In this document: positions 40,801-51,097 of the stretch, piece by piece
How positions within the stretch are numbered: position 1 is the first letter of the stretch
How the letters are laid out: the number at the start of each line of letters is the position of its first letter
From: Octopus sinensis
Taxonomy: Eukaryota
Assembly: GCF_006345805.1 (NCBI RefSeq)
Contig: NW_021832532.1
Span: 62,001 to 126,000 of the forward strand
Direction: 5' to 3'
Length of the DNA stretch: 64,000 nucleotides
Notes under the pieces: generated by a model
Seen by the model: only the letters and a program-made list of their open reading frames with translations
Told to the model about the DNA's origin: nothing
Database searches by the model: none
Program-made: the position numbers and the translations under genes

Positions 40801-41162
40801 TGTTTCAGTGGCTATCAGTTCCGTGACAGCTAGGTTTTTGCTGTTTATAATTGGTGTTGTTGTTTTGTCTATTTTGATTTTTGGGAGGTATGGTTGGTGG
40901 TCCATTTTGAGCTCTGTGGTTTTCAGTTCTTTGATTATTTTACTTTTTATATTATCATAATCATTAGGCTCCCTTGCGTTGTTTCCAGGTTTTAGATTTG
41001 TGTCGCTTTCTTTCTTATTTATATGTTTGTTTGTCGTGTTTTGGCTTGCTGTTTGTCGTGTATTATTATGCATCCTTACGATCTGGGTTTGTTGTTTTTT
41101 TGTTTACATCGTGTTTGTTGGAATGTTACGTTTGTCTTCGTGTTTTACTGTTTCAGTGTTTA
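37824..41162 (-). mobile_element. R4/Dong LINE, family 2, inverted relative to 16080-20030
   Basis: 435-aa RT ORF 38959-40266 plus RLE fragments. The 3' UTR is nearly identical to 19920-20030, and (ATT)n lies on both sides. Confidence 0.92.
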
Positions 41163-41221
41163 TTATTATTATATTATTATTATTATTATTATTATTATTA
41201 TCATTATTATTATTATTATTA

Positions 41222-41390
41222 AAGTGAGGGATGTGATGGCAGAATGCTTGAGGGACAAATTGCCAGGTTTGGATGGTCTATCCTATGAGCTTTACAGTTG
41301 TATGCCAGACTTGTTTGGAGACGTCTTGGCAGCGGTGTACTGCAACTCGCAGCAAAACGGGAGCACCCCCGGTTTTGTTAGCCGAGGAGC
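41222..41390 (+). mobile_element. Short Tx1 ORF2 fragment, inverted near-copy of ~35995-36160
   Basis: PGLDGLSYELYSCMPDLFGDVLAAVYCNSQQNG; shares the unusual YCNSQQ variant with the 36 kb copy. Confidence 0.8.
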
Positions 41391-41395
41391 CAACA

Positions 41396-42220
41396 CATTT
41401 CTTTCAAGCGTATGCATGTCCTCAGCAGTCTCAACCCATGTTTCACTGCTGTGTAGTAAGGTTGTTCACACACAAGTATCATACAGTCTGCCTTTCACTC
41501 TGAGTGCGAGTTACTTTGTTACCAGGAGAGGTAGGAGCTCTCTGAATTTTGTCCTATTCTTATTCTAGCAGGTATGCTTTCAAAGCTATTGATTTGGTCA
41601 CTTAGGTAAAAAAAAGCTATCGACTACTTCTAGTTTTCTCCCCTGGAATTTGATGGAATCTATTTTCTGTACGTTTCTGATGTTTGTTGTACCTGTGCAC
41701 CTTCAACACACAAAAACTATCTGCCCTGTTAACTTTCCGCTGATATTGTTGCATCTCTGATGTGTCCATAACTTACACCAGGTACATCTTATGGAGTTCC
41801 TACTTATGCCTTTTCAACAGATCAATTGTGGCCATCTACCTTAAGAGATTTGTGATTTGTCCACCTTCCTACTTACTAAGACTTTGGTTTTTGCTAATTT
41901 AACTCTAAGGTTCTTTGATTCTAGACCTTGCTTCCACACCTGAAACTTTTTCTCTAGTTCTGGTAGTGATTCAGCTATAAGAGCAAAGTCATCAGCATAG
42001 AAGAACTCATAGGGGCAACCTGTCTTGAATTCCTCTGTTATCGCCTGGCGGACTATGATGAACAAGAAGGAACTGAGGTAAACCCCTACTTGGTGAACCC
42101 TTACTTGTACCCTGAATTCTTCTCTATACTCATTGCCAATCCTTACCTTACTGACACCTTACTCCCTGTACATGGCTTGTATAGCTCTCATCAACCACGT
42201 GTCTATCCCTAATTTCCACA
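41396..42220 (-). mobile_element. RTE LINE middle portion
   Basis: QAITEEFKTGCPYEFFYADD...; LHSSETW..LERN joins 37739 across a 12-bp duplication. Confidence 0.82.
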
Positions 42221-42599
42221 TTAACTGTGTCTCATGGGCAGGATATGCTTACTAGTCTTGTTTGATAATTGTCCTAGATGTATTATCTTCAACAAAATCA
42301 TCCTTTGATAGGAACAGATAAAATGTATAACTAAACAAAAAAATACAAAAAATTCGCAATGTCTATAGACGAAAACACATACCAGATCAGTTGTCACTTG
42401 AATCAACAAGGGCTGCATCCCTCAAGGAGGAATCAGCCTAGGGTTGAAAAGTTTGCATTTGAAACAAGCTCTTCTCCAAATATGGACTTGAATAAGATTA
42501 ATCTCAATCCAGTCCTTTTAAGTTCAGATGCACTAAGAAGACAAAGATCTAAATGTTACAAATGAACCTGAGAAACTTACAAGTAAGTGATATATACAT

Positions 42600-42820
42600 T
42601 CTATTGCTCATTGGGCAAATCATCTGAATCCAAATACATGGTAAATTCTTTTAAGGTATGGAGAGAAAGAAATCTAGACATTAGACCAAACATGGATGAA
42701 AACAAACTTACAAATATAAGAGACATTCTTAGAAACAAATGATTACCAGATGCAGAATTAAATGAAATCAAGAGGAAAGTTGGAAAGATTTGAAAATATA
42801 AACACGAAGGAAGGATGAAA
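42600..42820 (+). mobile_element. R4/Dong N-terminal remnant
   Basis: WRERNLDIRPNMDENKLTNIRDILRNK*LPDAELNEIKRKV. Confidence 0.5.
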
Positions 42821-43247
42821 ATGAATACATGACAGTAGAGAAACCTTAAAACTTCATGACCAATTTTGACCTATAATAAATTAGATCACTCAAAATCAGA
42901 TGTGGATCACCTTTATTTCTCTGGATGAAGTAGAGTTAGAGGAATGATCGCGCTTGAGCTGCTGTGCAAAATATCAAATGTTGGGCTCAAACAATACCTT
43001 AAAACTTCAGATTACTGGATGTTGAAAACAGTTTCAGAATATGGAAGGAAGAAAAGTTTGCGATCAATCTTGAAAGAAACACTTTTCTGTGGGACAAACC
43101 CACTGTAGTTCAGACTTCTGCCACTAGAAGCCACTTGATGTAACCCTCAAGCACGAGTATGCTGGGCAGCGTCGTTGAGTGTAGTCCTACTGCCATGTGG
43201 TGTGTCTTTGTTTTTCAGTGCTTCTTCCCTGTGCATTGATCTTTGTG

Positions 43248-43741
43248 ATGGCTGAAACGAAGAAACAGTATGTGTCCATGAATTTCTGTTTTCTACTGGG
43301 GAAAATGGCTGCCAAAACAGTTGTTATGCTTCAAGTAACTTACAAAGACACTGCCATGAGCAAAACACAAGTTTATGAGTGATTTCCACTTTTTAGGAAT
43401 GGTCATTTGTCACTTGAAAACCAACTTCATTCAGGATATCCATTGACCTCCTGAATGATTAAAACCATCATGAAAATTCATGAACCGATCTTGGAATACC
43501 ATCACTGACAGTTGACAAACTTGTTGATATGATTGGTGTGTCTTGGAGCTCCTGCCAACAAATTTTGAGCAAGGAATTGCGAATGAAAAGAGTTGCAGCA
43601 AAATTTGTGCCTCACTTACTCTCGGAAGATCAAAACCAATCACAACTGAATCCATGTCATGAACTGAAAGAATATTTAGAAATTGATCCAGACCTTTTTT
43701 TTTTGAAGGTCATCACTGGTGAGGAAAGTTGGTGCTATGGA
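43248..43741 (+). mobile_element. Mariner transposase pseudogene (HTH + start of catalytic domain)
   Basis: FCFLLGKMAAKT...MSKTQVYE (HTH), KRVAAKFVPHLL (WVPHEL-like linker), VITGEESWCYG (first catalytic motif, D replaced by E). Stops present; TIRs not found. Confidence 0.85.
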
Positions 43742-43959
43742 ATTTGCAGATGTGGAAGAGGTGAAGTGAAAAACAACAGAGATGTTAAAATGCATCATTT
43801 TGCAAGAGTTCCAGCACTGCTTTGAACAGTGGAAAATGCATCTGGAATGATGCATTGCTTGAAATGGAGAAAAGTGATCAAAGTGTAAACATATAGAACT
43901 GTGTGAATAAAATAATATTGCAAAATCCTGGCTTCTTTTGGGTACCCTCACATATATTA

Positions 43960-44110
43960 TTTTCTACTCTAGGCACAAGGCCCAAAATTGTTGAGGAAGT
44001 GAGGCAGTCGATTAGATTGATCCAAGTATGCAACTGGTGCCTAATTTATCGTCCCAGAAGGCTAAAAAAGTTAATCTTGGCGGAATTTGAACTCTGAACG
44101 TAAAGACAAA
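43960..44110 (-). mobile_element. Nin-domain-type SINE fragment
   Basis: Reverse complement reads gttcagagttcaaattccgcc...gataaattaggcaccagt...ggccttgtgcctagagtagaaa. Confidence 0.65.
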
Positions 44111-46049
44111 CATATATATTACAACAGCCTTCTATTTTCATCTACCAAATTTACTCACGAGACATTGGACAGTCTGAATATTATAGTAGAAGACTAAAGT
44201 GCTGCTCAGTAGGACTAAAACCAAAACTATTTTGTTGTTAAATGAACTATTTAACTTCATAGCCATTCTTGCACCTATGCATACAAAGATCACTTAATAA
44301 TCAGTTAAATCATAACTGAAAACTCTAGGATGAGAAAAAAGTGTCAGGTCTTGGCATAGGTTGATTGGTATCCAGAAGGCTTTTATAGTGTTCTCCACTC
44401 ATGGATTCGTGAAACATTAGCCAATCACAAGTGGATACACCAACCATGTGAAATGAATGAGAAATAAATTTGGAGATTCAAACAGAAGAGGTAAACATAA
44501 AAATGAACAACATTGCTGTTAGAAGAAGAATATTCCACGTAGACTCTCTGTCCTCATACCTTTTCTGCATGGTATTGTTCCTCTGGAATAAATGCTAAGC
44601 CAGACTGACTATGGGTATAAGCATTTCGATAACAACTTTCTGTTATATATTAACTCTTAACATTCTATACAACAAATAGGACCAAACCATCTTCGTTTAT
44701 GTTTGTTGTAAAGAAGGTTATGAACTCTCAATCAAAGAAAATCATTTATGTTTTGCAATGTTTGTTATTAGCATCAACCCAATGTGTTGCTGAATTTTTG
44801 TGATTTTTTCCTAGACTTTGTTTTATAGAAACTTATTTTTAAAAATTGTTATGGCAGATAAGTCTTTGAAGGTGATAACTAGAGGAATATATCTCTTTCA
44901 TGCACACTCAATATCTGACTTTGATCTGTCGAATTTTTCATTGAGTAACTTGAACAAAATCTTGTCTGAAGAATGTTTAGACAGTGAGCCTTTTTGTTTT
45001 GTTGAATATCTTTTCTCAATTTTTTCTTCTTGTAATTTCAACAGTACAACTAAGAAGCTATAAAGATCTATCACTTTCTTCCAATGCTTTGAAATTTGGG
45101 CAGACTTGGGTATATTTATCATTGGGTTAACAATAATGAACTTAAAAATCTGCTTGAAAATGCACGTATTTTGTTTGTGATGTTTGTATGCCCATATTTA
45201 TTACCAATATCTTTCTTTTCATCATTTTTTAATATTGTATCTGTTTTCAGTTAATATTATGACATTAATTAACAATCTCATTTGTATACATAAAATTCAA
45301 AACAAATAAGACTAAGTCTTTTCTACAATACTGTCTATTTTGACAATAATCTGGCCATAATGAAAGACTTATAAACATTTGAATAAACAAACCCATTTGC
45401 AGATATTTTCTGCTCAGTTATTGCAGCACTGAGATTTTAACTTTGAAAATTTTCAATACAATGTTAAAAGTTAATGTACTTAAGTTGTATTCTGCACAGG
45501 AAAAGCAAGAAACCTTGCATGTGAGACATGGTGTACAGCTTTAATATGGAGATTAGTACAAAATACCTTCTAAAACAATGTACCAAAGCCACCTAAAAAG
45601 TGAGGGAAATATATAAAATATAGACATACCATGTTATACCTAAATAAATGTTAAATTGAGACAGATTTATAATTAGCAGATAACTTGCTATGTACAATGA
45701 AAGAAAATGTTAGGGTAGAATATTACAAATTTATTAGATTAATTCTTAAAAAAGTTCATGCACATCAATACTTTTGCTGAATTGGTAATTAGTTTAGCTT
45801 AATATTCTCAACTGGATGCTAAATGATTTGGTTAGACCAGACTGGAAATAATGAATATTTATTTAGAATATGCCACTCAAAATCTGACATACGAATATTA
45901 TATTCACCATGAATACTGGGATGTAGGGGTACTATGCATGTAGAAATCTATTATAAGATATCAAATGTGGGACTACAAAAGTATTTAAGAATAAAAGGAG
46001 ACTAATACAAAGAGTGACAAAAGATGAACAAGAATAAAAGCAAAACTGC

Positions 46050-46760
46050 TTTTTATTTCTTATCAGACCATTAACTACAAAATTGAGGTTGAAATAACCT
46101 TCATCTGTGAGGATGATAGAAAAATAACAAGAGATATTGTGGAAACAAAAAGTTCAAAATGGAGGTAGAGAACTAGCATGATAAAATGATGCAAAGGAAA
46201 GACACTACATGGCCAATAGATGAAAAGGCTGAAAAGAAGAAAAAGGGCAATAAATAATAGGGAAAACTCAGGACTGGCTGAAAAGCTTAGAACTTACAGC
46301 TGAGACTAAATTATTTTTGATTTGTGGCACAAGAACAAAGCAACACACCAGAAACTGCAAAAACTTGTAACGAAGTTGGAAATGTAAAATATGTGGAGGT
46401 TGTAAAGAAATAATTAGTGCAGTCTATGACAAAAGGGAATATATGCATACCTGACAGAATTGGAGGTTTCATACATTTGACATTATGCCATTATTGTGAA
46501 ATCATTGAAGGAAAGACGTGGTGCAAATATACACTACAAAAGGATTCTACAGAAGGTGAAAGTGACTGTACATATAGATTTACACAAGCAGTGATATTAG
46601 TTAAATAACCCCAAGAAAGAAGAAAAAACCAAAAAAAAGGCATCCTAACAGAAAGAAATAAGGTCACTTTCAAGTATGAAGACATACAAGAAGAGATGTC
46701 TATAAGTATAATGTGATTGAAAACAAACAATCCCCCATAATATCAGCAACCTTGAGATAA
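46050..46760 (+). mobile_element. Highly degraded R4/Dong C-terminal fragment
   Basis: Residual WLKSLELTAET, AQEQS and HDRIGGFIH(W) similarity to family 2. Confidence 0.5.
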
Positions 46761-47098
46761 TACAAAGAATAGATGCATGATGAATACATAACCAAAACAC
46801 CTGAATTCTCTCTCTCTCACACACACACACATACATGCTCATGCTATATACAGAAATCTCACTACTATGTACCGCATACATATTATATGAAACACTTAAT
46901 GCAATGTAAGACAAATATTAAACAAATCATTGCATGTACTTTAAGGCAACTAGGACTGTGGTTGATTGTGCCTTGAAAGCAAGTTAAAAAAGACTACTGA
47001 AATATTAATAATGATTAACAAGTAAATACACACATTATTAAACAAATAAATAAAAACAAATAATGAAACTTAAACATTTCATTTTCTTTTTCTTGTAG

Positions 47099-47215
47099 AA
47101 TTCAAAAGGAATTGAAGACTACATGAAAATTGATAAATATAAAGGTGTCATCACAGTAGTAAAAGCACTGGACTATGAAACAAGAAACTTTTTTGAATAT
47201 ACAGTACAAGTATCT
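47099..47215 (+). CDS. Cadherin-repeat exon (NSKGIEDYMKIDKYKGVITVVKALDYETRNFFEYTVQVS)
   Basis: Acceptor ttttctttttcttgtag and donor TCT|gtaagt; 117 nt, phase 0-0. Has the IDxxxGxI and LDYE cadherin motifs and continues directly from YSLI of exon 27169. Confidence 0.92.
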
Positions 47216-47369
47216 GTAAGTATTTAAACTTAAATTATCTTTTCGTGGGTTTCCATTCTTATTGAAATGAAATGGTAACAGTATAATATATATACACATT
47301 CATACACACATGTCACATCTGTAGTAAGTTCTTAAGTTTTCTATATTTATTTTATGGTTTTAAGTTGAA

Positions 47370-47530
47370 ATTTTGTAGACCAGCCCACTCAACGGAATAT
47401 TGATTTTAAGAAGGGCATCCAACCATAAAAACCATGCCAAAACAGCACACAGAAGCATAGCACAGGCTCCAGATTCACCAGCTCCAGTCAAACCGCCCAA
47501 CCCATGCCAGCATGGTAAGAGGACATTGAA
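47370..47530 (+). mobile_element. RTE 3' tail fragment
   Basis: aagggcatccaaccataaaaaccatgcc...caacccatgccagcatgg. Confidence 0.6.
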
Positions 47531-47896
47531 CAATGTCTGTCTGGTCAAACAAATCAGTTCCTTTCTCTTTATTCTTTCTGCTTGCACCAAAAGTATATGA
47601 ATTTCAATGAGAAGCTCAACTCTCACATATTTTCAAAGAAAATAATTTTGCAGTTTCTTTAGCAACAAATAGTTTGGACATGCTTTGCTAATGGCAGCAA
47701 AGATATCAAGAAAAAGGGAAATATGAACTCACTTCCATACATTCACACAAACACATACTTATACATCATCATCATTTAATGTTCATTTTATTTGCTGGTA
47801 TAGGCTGGACAGTTTGACAGTAAGTTCCAATGTCAACTTTGGCATAATTTCTATGGCTGGATACCCTTCCTAGTGTCAGTCACTTTACAGTGTGTA

Positions 47897-48298
47897 TTAC
47901 TCTTTTACTCTTTTACTTGTTTCAGTCATTTGACTGCGGCCATGCTGGAGCACCGACTTTAGTCGAGCAAATCGACCCCGGGACTTATTCTTTGTAAGCC
48001 CAGTACTTATTCTATCGGTCTTTTGCCAAACCGCTAAGTGACGGGGACGTAAACACACCAGCATCGGTTGTCAAGCAATGCTAGGGGGACAAACTTAGAC
48101 ACAAAAACACACACACACATACATATATATGTTTATATATATATATACGACAGGCTTCTTTCAGTTTCTGTCTACCAAATCCACTCACAAGCATTGGTCG
48201 GCCCGGGGCTATAGCAGAAGACACTTGCCCAAGATGCCACGCAGTGGGACTGAACACGGAACCATGTGCTTGGTTAGCAAGCTACTTACCACACAGCC
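47897..48298 (-). mobile_element. tRNA-derived SINE with central microsatellite and L2/CR1-type 3' tail
   Basis: The reverse complement has an A-box-like ggctgtgtggtaag and a B-box-like gttcagtccc, an internal (TA)/(TG) tract, and the tail ggtgctccagcatggccgcag...(gtaaaaga)n. Confidence 0.88.
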
Positions 48299-48819
48299 TT
48301 TTATGGCACAACCAATGGTGAAGTTGCCAAGTTACTTGCAAGACAAAAAAGAAAACAAAGAAAATGTCCCCTCGACTGAGTGGACATGTATTTGAGAAAT
48401 GAGGTGACTTTATGGCTGGTATTGGAGACAGAAGTATGATAGAGTGACAAGCAGAGGTATTTTGCTATAGAGGAGATACATGGCTACCCTATATCACATG
48501 AGGGTGAGTGATAGTAGGTGGGAGATAAGGATGGTGGGGATGAGTACCAGAGTGTACTCTCAAAATATAAGAAGGTAAATATGAAGGAGAAAATAGGTAG
48601 TAGATCAGGAGGGAAGAGGACCAGAAGGGTAATTTCATAAGAGTATGAGAGAATATTGATAGGTAGAGATGGAGCTGGAATTAGCTGTAGTGAGTGATGA
48701 ACAAGGGTGGAGGTGTAGCTGATAGTAAATATCAGTATTGAAGTGGGAGAGTGAGAGAAATAGAAGTGGCTCAGAAAGGAAGAGTGATAAGCAGCAGCAT
48801 AGGAGGTGTGGAGAGTATC

Positions 48820-50070
48820 ATCATCATCATCATCATCATCGTTTAACGTCCGTTTTCCATGCTAGCATGGGTTGGATGGATCAAATGGGGTCTGGGAAAG
48901 CCAGAAGGCTGCGCCAGGCCCAGTCTGATCTGGCAGTGTTTCTACGGCTGGATGCTCTTCTTAACGCCAACACTCTGTGAGTGTAGTAGGTGCTTTACAT
49001 GCCACCTGCACAGGTGCAAGACGAGGCTGGCAAACGGCCATGATCAGATGGTGCATTTTATGTGCCACCGGCACGGAGGCCAGTCGGGGCAGTGCTGGCA
49101 ACGGCCACGTTCGGATCACAGCTGCAATTTCCATTGATGTTTATTGATTTTGATTTTGATTTTGATTTTCCTTTTCACTTGCCTCTACAGGTCTTCACAA
49201 GTAGGGATTGTGTCACAAGAAGGAAAGGTATACATAAGTGGGTTGGCTACGTCCCAGGTAGCCATGGGTTATGGTCTCACTTGTCCTGCCAGGTCTTCCC
49301 CCACACAGCATACTTCCAAAGGTCTCGGTCTCTGGTCATTTCTTCGGTGAGACCTAATGTTCGAAGGTCGGCTTCACCACCTCATCCCAGGTTTTCTTGG
49401 GTCTACCTCTTCCACAGGTTCCCTTAACCACTAGGATGTGGCACTTTTTCACACAACTATCTTCATCCATTCTCACTACATGACCATACCAGCGCAAACG
49501 TCTCTCTTACACACCACAACTGATGCTTCTTATGTCCAACTTTTCTCTCAAGGTATTTATACTCTGTCGAGTATGAACACTGACATTACACATCCATCGG
49601 AGCATACTGGCTTCATTTCTTGCGAGCTTACACATGTCCTCAGCAGTTACAGCCCAAGTTTCACTGCCATGTAGCATGGCTGTTCATACACATGCGTCAT
49701 ACAGTCTGCCTTTTATTCTGAGCGAGAGGCCTTTTGTCACCAGCAGAGGTAAGAGCTCTCTGAACTTTGCCCAGGCTATTCTTACTCTAGCAGTTACACT
49801 TTCAGCACACCCACCCCCGCTACTGACTTAGTCACCTAGGTAACGGAAGCTATCAACTATTTCTAGTTTTTCTCCCTGAAACGTGATAGAAGTTGGTCTC
49901 AGAGCATTTTCAGTGTTTATTGCTCCTGAGCATCTACCACATACAAAGACTATCTTCCTAGTTAGCCTTCCTTTGACATTGCTGCACCTCTTATGTGTCC
50001 ATAGCTTACATTTGGTGCATCTTATAGAGTTTCTACCTATGCCTTTTCTACAGATCGAGTAGGCCATCTA
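48820..50070 (-). mobile_element. RTE LINE 3' portion
   Basis: CGRCSGAI..LEIVDSFRYLGD, C-terminal region and RTE tail next to (CAT)n at 48818-48840. Confidence 0.88.
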
Positions 50071-50629
50071 CCTGAAGCATTTTAAGCATTTCAGCAGTAA
50101 TTCTTAGAAAAAGTAATCTTTGTATATGGAAGATGCACTGGGAACACAAATGCTAAGGGCACACAGGAAACAGATTTTCTCAAATGCCAAGGAGGTTCTC
50201 TAGAGACAAAGATAATCTCTGCTATCTTGGTGGCTAAACTAGCAGTGAAGCAAGATATTTTGAATGTTTAATTATTAGAATAAGAATAGGACAGAGAATG
50301 TTCAGAGGACTATTAACTACCAGAGTGAAAGTCAGATTGTATGATGCTTGGGCATGAAATGCAATGCTATTTGGTATGAGATGTGGGCACTGAACACAGA
50401 AGACATGTGAAGACTGGAGAAGAATGGAGGGAATATGCTCTCTTGGATCTACATCAATGTAGATATCTTTTTTCAACCCCACTCATATCTGTTATTGATG
50501 ACAGCCCCAACTCCCTAATCACTTCTGTCTTCCCACTCACTTTAGCCTCTAACCTCCATCTCTACGACTGTCACTTGCCTTCCATCCCCATCCAATTTCA
50601 AAATTTGCACAGCATCTTATTACTTCTGA

Positions 50630-50989
50630 TTTGTCCAGTGTGTGAGAGAGAATCGTGATGTGGTAGGGGAGAAATGTGTTCGCATGGATGATGGTTCACT
50701 TGCACTGAATGAGGATGCAAAGAGAGAGGTATGGAGACACCATTATGAGAAGCTGCTAAATAAGGAAAATAAATGGGATAAAGAGAGTCTGCCAAATGTC
50801 GCCCCAACAGAGGGACCAGCTATCCGAGTTGACAGTTCCTTAGTAGTTAAGGCAATTAGAAGCATGAAGACAGGGAAAGCCCCAGGCCCATCAGGTATTT
50901 CTGCAGAGATGCTTAAAATATCTGGTAGTGTCGGCTATAGCCTAGTCACCCGTATAGTTAACCAGTTTACAAAGGTAAAGGTGACGCAC
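50630..50989 (+). mobile_element. RTE LINE internal fragment
   Basis: VGEKCVRMDDG...MKTGKAPGPSGISAEMLK, homologous to 21645-21960. Confidence 0.85.
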
Positions 50990-51097
50990 ACTCCGTTGAC
51001 TCAAACCTTGCTTCTATTGTGGCGAATTTACCGCCTCTGATTAGATACCTTTCATGGTCGCACCAAGACACTTTTCGAAGGTGCTTTCCGCCATGTT
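50990..51097 (-). mobile_element. Tx1-type ORF1 fragment serving as insertion site of the array
   Basis: MAESTFEKCLGATMK / YLIRGGKFATIEARFESTE, homologous to EKCLGDIM..RGKKYGTVEVR. Confidence 0.65.

Noticed and set aside
44480-45130. Possible Penelope GIY-YIG/linker remnant (minus strand, YIPLVITF-like)
   Set aside because: Too degraded to support by eye; needs an HMM search.
48300-48810. Purine-rich stretch resembling the reverse complement of 7030-7560
   Set aside because: Probably an old dispersed repeat, but it could not be aligned or classified reliably.
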